From NCBI RefSeq assembly GCF_009914755.1, contig NC_060926.1: a stretch of DNA of 64,000 nucleotides; one strand, written 5' to 3'. The notes below the pieces were generated by a model that searched no databases, was not told the DNA's origin, and saw nothing but the letters and a program-made list of their open reading frames with translations. The DNA comes from the human T2T-CHM13v2.0 reference genome, Homo sapiens. How positions within the stretch are numbered: the first letter of the stretch is position 1; the number at the start of each line of letters is the position of its first letter. A program made the translations under genes and the position numbers. Below, piece by piece: positions 13,321 through 26,950 of the stretch.

Positions 13321-15158
13321 AAGGAAGCCCTGTGCACTGGCTGTTAGAACCACTGCGGTTTCCAGTCTCCAAGGAAGGGCCAGTGCGTGGCTGACTCCTA
13401 GAAACTGCTCTGTCTCCTACTGCGGCCCCGAGCAGCATGGCTTTCTCTCCTCGGTCCTAAATTAATTTAGACTGACAGTCGGTAGCTACTGGCCACCCTT
13501 GTTATCCTCGGGTTCTGTTTTCCAATAGTGGGAGGATTCACTCATTCATGTATTCATTCATTCACTCACTGGGCACATACTCCTCACCTCCTCCATGCCA
13601 CTCGCTGGGCTGGTCGTTGACTCAGAGGAAATGGTGTGGAGGGAGTATCGTCTGCCTGCGGTGGAGGGGGGTGGCAGAAGAAAGGTCCAGGAAGCTTCCT
13701 GGAGGCAGGCTCGTGTGGACTGGGGTTGCTGAGGGCAGGCTGAGTTGGCATGATGAGGATGAGGGGGTGTGGTGGGGAGGGGCTTTCTAGGCAGGGTGGA
13801 GCCTAGGAGGCATGGGGTCTGCAAGGCTGTCATTTGACCCTGGGGCTGGGAGAGTCTGTGGGGCAGGATCTGGAGGTCCTGAGTGCCAGGCTGGGGCTCT
13901 TGACTCCATTCTGCTGGCAATGGCAGGACCTGGGGACCACCTGTCAGTCACTCAGACCCTCCTCCTGGTCCCCCTACTGAGGTGTGACTGGACCCACAAA
14001 GCAGGGCCTTTGCCCACAAACGCCTCGGATGAGAGTGCACAGGCCAGGCTGCTCTTGGGTTTGTGGAAGGGCAGCTCTGGTTTCTCCGGCCCCGAAACAC
14101 ATTGTATTTGGGAGTTTTCCCCTAGATCTTAAACCCTGTTTATTTAAAAAGAAGTAGACTCTGTCTGCTTTTAATTCACATGCTTAGCTCATCAAAATAT
14201 TGTTTTGCAAGAGGTTTTTTTTTTTTTTTTTGATGTCAGGAAGGCTTTGGCATGTTTTCCTCCTCCCTTTCTTCTACAGTCTTATTCTAGGAAATAAGAT
14301 TCTGGGCACCGCTCAGGGCTGGAGGGTTGGGTCATGAGACCACATATTCTGTGTCTCAGTTTCTGAACCAACAAAATAGGGGAGCAGGCTCTTCCCACGG
14401 ATTCATGGACTGGCCTCCAGTCCTGCTGGTGGACACCGTATCCCAGCAAAGAGAAATACTGTTTCCATGCGCCACAGTGGTCGTTGGTGGGGAGAGTGGG
14501 GAGGGTGGTGGGAATGGCATGTGCTCCAACCATCATTCAGTTAACTGGGTCCAGAATCACACGGGCAGGGAGCCAGGCGTCCGAAAGTGTAACACGGCTT
14601 GCCCGGTGTTTCTCCACGGTCCTGCCGCACTGCCCCTCATGACCCCGGCATGGGCTTTGCTTTCTGCGGACCCTCTTATTTGTCGAAGATCTCGGGAGTC
14701 CACACACCCACTCCCGTGTCTGGGAACACTCCAAGCTTATCAAGAACGCAGCGGGCAGCAATCCAGGGCAGAACAAGGGAGGTGCTGTCGACCAGCTCTG
14801 CGCGGAGAGGTCAAGGGTGTGGAAGGGTGGGGAGAGAGGCACAGGCTGACTTAATCCCTTGGGCGGGGCACCGGCCTCACCCACAGAATCGCAAGTAACC
14901 CTCCTACGATTCTGGGAACGTTTGTGAGTTAAATGAATGGAAGGGAGGGAGGAAAGGAGGGAAGAAAAATAACTGTGTTTTCATCAGTAAATGTAAGCGA
15001 CCAAATAGAAGTCTGTAGGAAGCTAAGATTCAGAGGTGAGGAAGGACTGAGGTTTGGGGAGAATTCTCATCACCATATTTTGTGTATTGATGGGACTTTT
15101 ACTAAGCTAGACTAGAATTCCGAAGCAGTGGAAAGTCAATAATGATAACGAGTTAGGC

Positions 15159-15478
15159 CTGAGCTGTTCAGTAGGGTAGCCGCGAGCTGTGTGTGGCTGA
15201 GTGCTTGCAATGTGGCTATCCTAATTGAGATGTGCTGTGAGTGCAAGATAGGTACCAGGTTTTGAAGACGTAGTAGGAATAAAAGCATGTAACACATCTC
15301 ATTAACAATTTTTTTACTGGTTCCATGTTGAAGTGATAGTATTTTTGACGTACTGGTTCAATTAAATTGTGTTATTAAAATAATCACCTGTTTCTTTTTA
15401 GTTTTTTTTAAATGTGGCTCCTAGAAAATTTACAATAACATATGTGGCCCACATTGTATTTCTGTTGGCCAGGGCTGC
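15159..15478 (-). mobile_element. MER33-type hAT-Charlie DNA transposon
   Basis: aattgagatgtgctgtgagtg...cacctgtttctttt...aatgtggctcctagaaaattta...catatgtggcccacatt...ttggccagggctg. Confidence 0.75.
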
Positions 15479-16734
15479 ATTGGATGAGTGGACACCTAGG
15501 GAAGATTCTAGTCCAAGGTAGAGAGAATTGTAAAGGATCCCTTTGAGTAACATAATTATTGGGACTGACAAGAGGCTCCCAGAAAGTGGCCCTTACGGGA
15601 CCTGCTTGGATGAAAGAATGGAGAGCATTTTGTCATTCCCCTGTTGATTGCAGAAAGACAGTAAGTCCAGCCCCAGTGCTCGTTTGCTTGTCCAGGTGGC
15701 TGATTCCGCTGCCCGGTTTTAAAGGTCATTGATTGTCTGTGGCAGGCCCTGCCTCAGAATGCAGCCTGGAATAAAGAGGTGCCTTGGCTCAGCCTGGGAA
15801 ACCATCACCAGGGCCTGGTGGAGACCAAATGTGGTGGCCTTACTGTCGTCTCAAGAGCTATGGCAGAGTGCAAAGCTGGGACTTGATGCTCTCGGCAGGA
15901 CGCAAGGCAGGACCTATAAGCCAGATCAAGAAACCTCTTGTTGGGCTCTGCAGGGAAGGGGCTGGATGCTAGTTAAGTACACAGAATGGCAAGTGACACC
16001 TTCACGACCCGTGGGGACCAGACAGAGGAATGGCATGGTCATCCTCCTGAAAGGGAGAATCACCTGCGACAAGTGGGCTTCTTGCCGGGGACCAGTCAGC
16101 ATTGCAATAGCTAGCCGACAAGGTCCCTGCCAGCTGACGGGGTCGCCAGTGTATACTGTCAAATGAGTATGTCAAGGGGCAGCAAGATTTTAGGGGAAAG
16201 CCTGAATCCATCCCAGGCCACCTGGCCTAGCCCTGGCCTGTGACAGGTGGAAGGAGCACTAGGGCCTGGGCACCGTCTCCTCCAGCTCCTGGGCTGGATT
16301 CCTGCTTTCTGCATTGGATTCTGCAAGGTGCCAGGGTCCCTGGGAGCCATGGTCCTCTGGGCTTCAAATCTATTGCATTTTGCAGTGGGGAGGCTGCACA
16401 CTACTTTTTTAGAAACCTTCTGTGACCAAGACAGAGTTTTCAACCTTAAGCAAGCTTGACCAGCCCTATTGTTTCTTCCAGCCCTAAAATTCTCTAATGT
16501 GGGACTCTACATGTCTACCCAGACAGACAGGCAGCCCCTCCCATTCCTTGTGATGGCGGGGATCTCCCAGGTGTCCCTCTGGAGCTCACCCCAGTCTCCC
16601 ACCCCTTGCTAAAGGGGCAGGAGCCCAGCAGAGGGGTCTGTAGGGATGGCCACACCGGCACCCTTCGGGGCCCTACTGCGTGCCTGGCCCTGCACTAGCT
16701 CTTCTCCACTTCACAGTCTCCCTCTGACATGGGT

Positions 16735-16830
16735 CCTGTCCCTATCCTCATTTTACAGATAAGGACACCGAGGCACAGGAAGGTTCGGTGAGTCAGCAAT
16801 CAAGCCAGACTTGGCTGTGGCACTGGCGGC
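16735..16830 (-). mobile_element. MIR fragment
   Basis: tatcctcattttacagataaggacaccgaggcacagg. Confidence 0.7.
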
Positions 16831-18004
16831 AGCCTCAGCTCTGTCCAACAGGACACTATGCCGCCTCTTGTGGCCTGTCTCCTGTCACTTCAAGGCCACT
16901 GTTGCAGGGAACAGATCCCATGACTGCCTGGCTCCCGAGCGGCCAGACCCAAATGGCACGGGGCTGGCCTCTCCCGTGGCGTTGGCTGGAGCACACTCCT
17001 CACCCTGGAATGTGCAGGTCCCTCTGCATCCCTACCTGCCCTCACCAGGAGACCAGTCTCAGAACTCTGTGCCTGGTGTGGAGTGGCTGTGCTGGCCCCA
17101 GCCCAGCACACTCTCTCTTTCGGCAGCTAATTTGTCAAGTAACACCTCAGCCTGGGGTGGGCAGTGTGCGTGGGCGGACCCAGCAGAGGCCACGGGTCCT
17201 GCTAGGCTGTGTCTGCAGGGCAGGCCTGATTGCGTGAGTGGCCTGGGCCTCAGCCAGCCGGACACCAGCCAGCTCGTGGTGTTGGAATTTCCTGTCTGAT
17301 TTTAATTCCTCCCCCCACGTTTTTCCCCCAAGTGAGACAGAAGCACTTTTTAGTTGCACGTTGTGGAGTGGCCATTCAGGATATTATTCTTATTAAATGC
17401 TTCCTGTGGGGTGGTGGCTGGGCATCAGGAGGGCCTCTGGAATTCTCCTGTCCTGTGGCTTATTATTGAAAATCATGGTGCCATTTGCATAAGGCCCTGG
17501 GGAAGGAGGTTTTCCATGATTCGTGCTCTTTTGGTGCTTCCTACCTCTGATGCTTAGGCCAGTGACTTCGTCCTCATTTGCGAACGAACACCTGGTCACC
17601 TGGGCTCACGTGGCTGAAGGGCTGGCCTTTGAAAGTGTCAGGATCTCAGAACAGACCAAGGCTCCCTAGCAAGGGGAGAAAGTCCCTGGCAGCCTCTCCC
17701 AGCCCTGGTGTGCACTTTCATTCATGTACCATCGAAAAGCACAGACCCCTGGATGCCTTCCAAACCTGCATTCCCAGTGGCACCCAGACCCCTTGCAGCT
17801 GCTGCTCAGAAGCACTGGTAAATGGTCACCAGGATTCAAATGTCTCCCCCACTCCCGCCTCTCTGATCTTCTGTGTTGAGTTTCTCCAGTTAGTACAATG
17901 CCTAGTAGGCGCATGGACATGATAAATGATTTCCCCTTCCTTACTGTGCAACTGGGAACTATGGAGCCACAGCAAGTGTGGAAATGCCAAAGGGCCTGTG
18001 AGTC

Positions 18005-18140
18005 TCCCTCCCGGGGTGGTCCCTGGAGCAGCAGCATCTGCATCACTGGGAACCTGTTAGACATGCCCAGGCTCACTGAGGCAGGAGCTCTGGCAACAGG
18101 GCCCAGCAACAGCCTGAGAAACCCCGATATCAGGGCTTAG
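18005..18140. mobile_element. MER5A-like fragment
   Basis: gtggtccctggagcagcagcatctgcatcactgggaacctgttagacatgc. Confidence 0.65.
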
Positions 18141-18668
18141 TGGGTGCTTCATCATGTACCTCTTACTATGTGTATTACATCATGTGTTCCTCTCGAGGAC
18201 GCCAGCAAGAGATGTTCCTCATCCTGTATGTATAGGAGAGGCCACATGCTTTGCACCGGGGCTTACACTTCACTCGGTTCAGTGCCAGGGCACAATTGGG
18301 CATCCTGGGCTCACTGTCCGCACTGCCCTGAGCCTGAAGAGCCTGCCATCCTCCCCCTTCCTTCTGGCTCTGCCAGGTCTGGCCTCTTCCAATGAGCCTT
18401 CCTGGCTGCTCCAGACCTCATGGAAATCTTTTCCTGACTTTGAGGCCACTTGGGCAGTTTGTGCTGCGTGGGCCTCGCTGAATCCCGCAGGGTCAGGCTC
18501 TCCAGCTGTGGCAGTGGCTTACACAGCAGCGCCCCGGGGCACTCCCTGTGGGCAGGAATTATGCCTCTTGTTCTCTGTGGCCTCCAGAGCCCATGAGCAG
18601 CGTCCTCTTACATTGAGCGAGTAGGGGAAGCCTTGACCTGCAGCAGGGTGTGTGGTTGTGACTTCCAA

Positions 18669-18850
18669 CTGTGGATGGAGAACTCTGCCCTGGGTGGTGA
18701 GCAGCTCCGCCGTGGATTCCAGAGACAGCTGTGGAGCCAGGCTTGATGGGGCCCAAAGCCTGTGTATGTCAAGGCCATATTAGTGGGACAATGTGTCTGA
18801 ACTACATCGTATCCCTAGATCAGACCTGGATGGTTGAAGGAGGGAGCATC
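18669..18850 (+). repeat. 182-bp direct duplication A, copy 1
   Basis: Ungapped match to 20021-20202 with 14 mismatches by hand count (~92%). Confidence 0.95.
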
Positions 18851-20020
18851 CAGCCTCTTCTTTGAAGCTGGTGTCGTCGTTTCTGGTATCTTCTGGGAAG
18901 CCTTTAGGTACAACTTCCCTGGGGATTGGGCCTGGGATCTCCACAGGAATAGGAGAGAGCAGAGTCTTGCTCCATGGGATTTGTGACAAGCCCAGAATAA
19001 ATGGCCAGAAGCGACCTTAGCCATGCAAACAGCAAGCTGACATCCAGCATCATTGGTGTTGGGAGGGCGCTGGCCTTCTGGGGTTCATCACCAGAATGAC
19101 GGTGCTGATCGCCATCCTTACCCATGAGGTTAACATTTTTCATTTCATAAGGTGTCTTCACATTCCTGTTTCATATAGGATTAAGTGGTTTAACTGATCA
19201 AATTGTACATTAAGCGTGGAATGGAAAGTAGCAATCACTCTCACTTTCTTTCTCTCTGTTGAGACTGGGGAGTCATTGACGACCATGTAGCCAGTGGTGC
19301 ATCTGTTCTTGTTTGACAACTCAGACCTGGCCCAGGGCCCCGAGATGGCACATGTGTGCATTCAGGCCCCACTCTGTTCTCCTGAGCCTGTGCTTCCTGG
19401 CAGAGCCCAGAAGCAGCCTGAAGATGCAGTACCCTGCCCAGCCTTGCCCTCCTTGCAGCTTTGTCCAGGCCATCCATGCGCCCCCTTTCCTGGAGGGAAG
19501 TAGTACTGGGTTTGGTGTAAAATAATTGAATTGTAGAGGAGACCCCATCCTCTGCACTGCTGCTGCCTTGCAGCACACAGGAGGAGCCTTCATGAGATGT
19601 CATAGGCTGGGACCTGGTCACATCCCTTCTGCCTTGGGCTTCTCCTGCTGCTGACTTTCCCAAGAGGGGAGTTATTGCTGCAGCCATGGGATATGTGGCT
19701 GATGCAGACAAGGAGAGTGGGAGCCCTCCTTTTAAACGGAATTCACAATAGTGTTCACCTGAACTCCCAGACCACCTTGCAAGTTCCCTCCCCTGCTTAT
19801 TTTCTGCGGGCAGCATGGACACAGACACTAGGGAAAGAATGGTGGGAACCACCAGAGCTTGTAGTAGCCAGCCTAAGCCTCCTGGGGATTGGTCATCTGG
19901 GAATAGGGGTGAGTGGCCAGCAGGGATTAATTTATAGAAGATCTTTCCTGCAAAGCCATGGCTTTCATCAGTTCCTGCATCCTCACTCTGTCAAGCAGTG
20001 AGTTTGCACAGAGTACACAT

Positions 20021-20202
20021 CTGTGCATGGAGAACTCTGCCCTGGGTGGTGAGCAGCTCCGCCGTGGATTCCAGAGACAGCTGCAGAGCTGGGCTGGGTG
20101 GAGCCCAAACCCTGTGTATGTCAAGGCCATATGAGTGGGGTGATGTGTCTGAACTACATCGTATCCCTAGATCAGACCTGGATGGCTGAAGGAGGGAGCA
20201 TC
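20021..20202 (+). repeat. 182-bp direct duplication A, copy 2
   Basis: Matches 18669-18850 at an offset of 1352 bp. Confidence 0.95.
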
Positions 20203-20372
20203 GGTGGATGCCTTATATGAGTTTCTATCTGATACATCTCAATGTCCCTTATACTGGGAATGGAGGAAAAGTTCTCTTCATTACCATAGCACCGGGACCC
20301 TTGTCACATCTGCTCAGAGATGGGGAAGGGCATTATGACTTATTAGGGGTTTCTACTCTATGGACACCATAA

Positions 20373-20830
<458 letters not shown>

Positions 20831-23800
20831 CTGCTCCTATCCCAAGCCCCTTAGACAACAGGGACAGGTGATGTCCTGTAGGACTGTCCTCTGGCTGATG
20901 TGTGACACTAGAGCAAGCTGGACTTCACTCTGACTGCAAAGGTTACCTTGACTTCCAGCCTGCCCCTCTACTGCTTTTTTCTTTCTTCTACACTAGCGCC
21001 TTCTTTTGCCAAAGATATCGGTGTATTTTGTGCCTAGGTCCTTCCATTAGGAGAAAAGCAACCAGTAAGCCATCTACACTTTGGTGTGAATCCATTCCCA
21101 TGACTCCCAAGTTCTGTTTGCTTCTAAGAAAATAATACTGTGCTGGATGTTACTTAATATGCAAGGAATTCTAAGTTAAAGGAACATGATAAATTAGTTT
21201 TTAACTGGAGAATCCCAAAGTCCCCCATAGTGGGAACAAAATTGGATGTCAAAAAGCCCTTCTCCAGTCATCCCAGAGACGTGCCAAGTAAGAAGGCCTC
21301 CACTTCAGCTGATTGGAGTCCACTCCTCACGTAAGAGTGCCCGACCCGACGCAGAGCAGGCACCCCAGGAGTGCTTTGTGTGCGAGTGCTGGCCAGGGTC
21401 CCACACAGACCAAAGCCTCCTGGCCTGAAGGCTGGGAAGGTGCATGTGGGCATCACAGAGGCCACCTGAGTGTGGCAGGTGGACAGGGCATGGGGACCTA
21501 TGGTCCTGACACGGGGCCCACCCGGTGGGTGCAGCATGGCTGCTCCAAAGGAGTCTCTCTCCACGTGGCTCCAGCACTGTCCCCTGGGATTCACACCTGC
21601 AGCATGGGAGCCAATCCCTGGAACCCTCCACAGCAACACTCAGCATCACCGGGCTTCCCCATCCTGGCCACAGCCAAGGGGCTGAGGGCCCTGGTGTTTG
21701 GAACCAAAGGCCTCATGCGCCCTTCCTTGATTTCTGGTCATGGATGCAGCTACCGCACTGGCCTCCTACATGGTGACCCTGGAGTGTCGGCCAATTGCCC
21801 AAGAAGGATGGGGATCCAGGCCCCAGCCATGCCACTGCCTTCCTTCCCGGGCCCACAAGCTGCACTGAGATGTGTTTGCGCTGCCTCGTCGTAACACAGA
21901 CCTGTATGGTGCAAGGCTGGGCCTCACCTTCCCTCCATCAGTGCTGGGGCAACTCGATTTCTCTCTGAAACCGGTTTCTTCTCTGGTCCAGGCCGGCCTG
22001 GTGCACAGCGACCACATGCTTCCAAGCTAATTCCCTCCCGCAGTCTTGATGGAAGAGACCATGGTAACTGGAGACGGTGCTAATCTCTAGGACTGGACAG
22101 CCCAGAGGGCTGGGGCATCCCCAACACAGCCACTCTGTCCTGGGAGGTGGCTGCTTTCACCTCCCTGGCCTCTCTGCCGTGGAACAGGCCCTCAGGCTTC
22201 TCTGGGAGCCCAGCCACGGGGCAGTGCCTCTGCGTTGTGGCAACACATGACTTCATCCGAGGAGAATTCCTCCGGCTGCTGATGGAGGCCGCCTGGTCAT
22301 GTTTCCATGACCCAGTTTTCCCGATTCTTTGTCTGAACTCTGCAGACCCCTACCTCCTTCTCTCCCCCAGGAATCCACAGGATCATTTCTAATGGGGCAT
22401 TAACTTGAGCCAGGTTTCCGGGGAAGGGCTGTCCTTGCCCCCTCACTGCCCTCCTCACTAACACAAGAAGACCATTACACCCAGTACACTGCCCACACCA
22501 ATGTCTGCTCGCCCTGGGACCGCCAGCAAGAAACATTTGGTGTTGAAACTGCAGCGTAGAAAAGTTCCAGGATTTTAAAGAAAAAGCCGTCACTCCGCCG
22601 CCACCCTCAGCTTCTCAGGCTGTTGGGCTTTCTGTGTAGGATCAAAAACAAATGTGCATTTTTTTTTTCCAGAGGGGAGTGATGATCCATTGAAAATTCC
22701 CATCTTAGAGTTTCTTCCTCAGAAACTTAAAAAGAGAGTCATTTCTTTGAAATGGCATACGGGGTGTGTATGTTTTCAGGGGGATGGTGTGTCTGTCCCT
22801 CTGCCGGAAGGACATGATTAATTTTGGATTTTTTCTTTTACTTGAAAAAAAAAAAAAAAACACAAAAGCCAACAATGAAAGCTGTGTGTGTAAGGGTCTG
22901 GCTCAGGATGTCACTCAAGGCAGCGCCTATTCTTCCCACGCATCTTCATGCTCCTCGTGGGCTTCTGCAGCCTCTGGATGCAGCAATTTCTTGCCAGAGT
23001 TGGAAAGCAGAATTTTTCCCTCCTCAGCCTGGCCAGGGGGCTCTGAGCAAGGCATTCACCTCTGAATGTTTCCATCGGGGGCTGTGGGACAATCCGTGCT
23101 GGTCTGAAAGAGACCACCAATGAGTCAGGGTCAACCTTTATCCCTCAGGTTACTTGGGAAGAAAAGGTGGTCTGTAGAGACTGTGTGTGCACGTGTGTGC
23201 ATGTGTGTTGGCGGGGGGTGTTGGGGTGCTGTCCTATTATACCTGGGCTCAGAGGATTGGGGCTGGGGCTGGGGCTGGTGTGTCAAGTGGGTTAGAAGGG
23301 CCGTTGGGTCAGTCATTATACATACAGGGCCACAAAGATGAACCAGCATCTGCACCCAGAGCCCTGGTCTGGGCCTGCTCAGGAGGTCCCTCCTGAAGCC
23401 TTGGGGTGTCACTGGCTGGAATAAGCGAGGCCCTTTGCCTGGGAAGTGGGCAACCATTTACAGATAGCAGGAATGTGCCAGTAGGAAGGGACCTCATAGC
23501 TCCTCTAATCCCTGTTGTACAAGGAGTGTGAGACCCAGAGAAGGGACGTAATTTCCCCAAAGTCCCATGGCCACCTAGCGGCAGGGCCAGTCTGGGATTC
23601 CTGGCGGATGGGCACCACTGCCCCACAGCACTGGACCCTCCTTGTACAGCATTTCCAAAAGTTGTATCAGAGCAGGTGACTGCCTGCTCAGGACTTCCCA
23701 GGGGCTTCCCAGATTGCTCAGAAAAAAATCCCAAGGTTCTTCCCATGGCCTGGCTAGTGTGATAGGACCTTCTCTCCTGCCTTTCCACCTCCATCCATCC

Positions 23801-23859
23801 TTCTGTGCCTGGCAAGTTAGCCTTCATGCTGAAATCACTGAGTTCTCCTGACACCTGGC

Positions 23860-24165
23860 CTTTGAATTTGCTATTCCTTCTGCCCCAAGCTCCTTCTCCA
23901 AAGAGGCTGACTTACCTCCGTGCCTCATCCATGTCTCCTCTGTTCCCTCTCCCAGGTGGATTTCCTCCTTAGCTTCATCCCCCTCTGACACTATGTTATA
24001 AATATGTTTGCTGACTTGTCCACCACCTGTCTCCTCTCACTGGGCCATGGTGTGGGCTGCCTTGTCACAACACTGTTCCCAGGGCCTAGAACAGTGCCTG
24101 CCACATAGCAAATGCTTGATACAAGGTAGATGCATGCATGCATAAATAAATGAGTGAATGAATAT
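23860..24165 (+). mobile_element. L2 LINE 3' end
   Basis: cctagaacagtgcctgccacatagcaaatgctt...aataaatgagtgaatgaat. Confidence 0.7.
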
Positions 24166-24967
24166 TTCTAGATGACAGCTATTCATACTTCACAACTGCT
24201 GATGTGAATAGATGGGGTCTTCTCTCTGAGGGTGAGCGGAAGGGTCTGGGCAGGTCCCTGGTCTTACTCCTTGCACCTTGGCCGACTAGCTGGCCTTATA
24301 CATCCCTGTCCATCCTGGGGCAAACACTGTGCTACTGTATTGGGATAGCAGTGCCAGAGGCCCTACTCACTGAAGGCCTGCTGCATGCTGGGTGCTGGGC
24401 TGAGCTGTGTGGGGAAAAGACTATGAGACCACCAGTCACTTACCACCCAATGGATCATTGCTCTTATGGAAGTAGAGTCCCACCACCCTGAGCCTTGATG
24501 TTCTTTCCTGAAAAATGGGAATAAGAACAAGGTTAATGGTAAAACTAAAGGTGCTGTCAGCAAAGCCCCATGAGGCAGCAGACCTTGCTGGAGATGAGCC
24601 CCCACAACAGCAACCCTAGTGGGCACATTGCCACTCTGCCCTGGCCAACCTCACACATCACCGCCAGGACAGGAGGACCCACTAACACGTGTTCCCAGGC
24701 TCCTCCTGGGGATTCCAGGGGGTGAGAGAGGAGTGCACGGGTGCAGCCTGCACATTCCACAGGTGACCCAGGCTCCTGGAGAGCAGCAGAGCTGGTAAGA
24801 GGTGCCACCTGCAGCCCTGCCTACCTGGAGAAAGAGAAAGTGCTTCTCCTGTGACCTCCACAGCCTCCACCCCAGGAGCTGCCAGACAACAGACGGCAGG
24901 CCCCACTATAGCAGGACTCTGTGGGAACCCTCCCCAGGCCTCTTTCTGGAAGCCTCAGGCCCCTCCT

Positions 24968-25791
24968 CCAACACACACCACATGTACGTACACACAGCAA
25001 TACACACATATGGCACACACACACACATATACACAGCAACATACACACCATATGCACATACACACAGCAACACACACATATGGCACACATACACACATAT
25101 ACACAGCAACATACACACACCACCTCCACATACACACAGCAACACTTATACACATACAGCACACACGTACACATATACACAGCAACACACACACACAACA
25201 GCACACACACATACACAGCAACATACATGTACAACACACACATGCACATAAACACGGCAGCAGACACATACCACACAGCATATGCATATACACACAGCAA
25301 CACATGCATACAACATGCATGTACATATACACAGCAACACACATGTATATACACACAGCAACATGCACATACAACAACACACACATACAGCATACATATG
25401 CACGTATACGCAGTAACACACATGCACATATAACATCCATGCATATGCACAGAGCAACACACGCATACAGCACACACATACACAGCAACACATACATATA
25501 CAACACACAGCATATCCACATACAGCAACACACACACCACATGCACATACACAGCAACGCACATACACATACAACACACATGCGCATATAGCGATACACA
25601 TACATATAAAGACACACACGTACTACAACAGAGACACACACGACACACTACACACATACACGCACTGCACATACTCACACATGCACGTGCAGCACACACA
25701 TATACATACCCCACACACGCTACATGTAGACACATACCACACACATATGCAAACACACCTCACACACACGTACATACACACACACACACAC
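24968..25791. repeat. ~820 bp degenerate CA-rich simple repeat
   Basis: Near-continuous CA/CATA/CACAG units with a recurrent acacagcaac motif. It produces the spurious His/Thr and Cys/Val ORFs. Confidence 0.95.
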
Positions 25792-26329
25792 CATGGCTTA
25801 GTCTTGTGGGGCAGAGAGGCAGCCTCAGTGGTACCTGTACTTCATGTTTGCCTGGCAAACCACTGAAGCTCACAATGTTCCATAGACTTTATAGACCTGG
25901 GTGAAGTTGCCTGAATCCTGAATCCTGAGCAGAGCATGTCAGCTCATAGCTGGGGGTAGGGTGGGGTGGTCTGGGCTCTGATGGCATTAGGAGACCCCCC
26001 CTCAGCCTCTGGAGGAGCAAGACCATGAATGGTAGGCACACCAGGGTGCTGGGGGATGGCCTGTGTGAAGACCAAGGAATCCTGGACTGAATGCAGCTTC
26101 CTGGGGTCGCTGGGAAGACCCAGGAGCTGGTATTTGCCAAGTGCTGAAAGCAGAGCTGTGGACTGTGTGTGCATTTGTTAACTAAAGTACATAGCAAGGT
26201 GGGGACGTGGTGGGTCGATGGGGGTCTGGGATCACCCTGGCACTTGGGAGCTGCCTCCGAGTGTCATTTAGGCTGGGTGGAGGGAAAAGCCATTCAGAGC
26301 CTTCGATTCTCCTCTTGGCACTGTCGTTT

Positions 26330-26450
26330 TTTAGTCCTGTGACTTTGGGCAAGGCCATGAATCATTCTTGGCTTCCGTTTCCTCATCTCTTTAATGGGCA
26401 TAGTAACACTAGTTGCATCAGGGGGCTTCTGGATGTGCAAGGAAACATTT
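26330..26450 (+). mobile_element. MIR fragment
   Basis: ctgtgactttgggcaagg...gtttcctcatctctttaatggg. Confidence 0.7.
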
Positions 26451-26455
26451 AGAAA

Positions 26456-26489
26456 TACACACACACACACACACACACATACACACACA
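26456..26489. repeat. (CA)n microsatellite
   Basis: CA run with one TA interruption. Confidence 0.9.
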
Positions 26490-26849
26490 ACCATTTTTAT
26501 TTTGTTGGCAAAATACTGAAATCTGGTCTGCCCTGCCATGTTTTTAAGGCCCTTTTCTACACATTTGGGAAAGCGAACACTGTTTCCCTGCTGACTCCCT
26601 GGGGATCCAGTGGTCTCTTGGTCTGTGAGCAAGCAGTGCTTGGCCCCCCACCCTCCCTAGGGTTTGCAACCAGTATGAGCCAGTTTTCCTGTGCCCCACA
26701 TTAGTAAATTCATAGTTTGATGATGGACTTTGGAGGCTCCAAACATGAGTGCTACTTGTCCTCCTCAGCAGTGACACTTGTTGAGTGTGTCCTATCTGCA
26801 CAGTCTCCGGGCGAAGCGCCTCCTGTGTGTGGGCTTTTTACGTCTTCAC

Positions 26850-26950
26850 CGCAGCCATGTAGGTAGTTACTGTTATCCATTTTCAGATGAACAAATGGAG
26901 ACTCAGAGAGGCAAAGAAACTTACAAAAGTCATGCAGCAGGTGAGTGAGC
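26850..26950 (-). mobile_element. MIR fragment
   Basis: tatccattttcagatgaacaaatggagactcagagagg. Confidence 0.7.

Noticed and set aside
18669-20202. Intact LTR retroelement or TRIM interpretation of duplication A
   Set aside because: No TSD, primer-binding site, polypurine tract or coding remnant is visible. Kept only as an unexplained duplication.
24802-25756. Long ORFs of up to 311 aa rich in His/Thr or Cys/Val
   Set aside because: By-products of the CA-rich repeat, which rarely produces stop codons. Open in most frames, with no gene structure.
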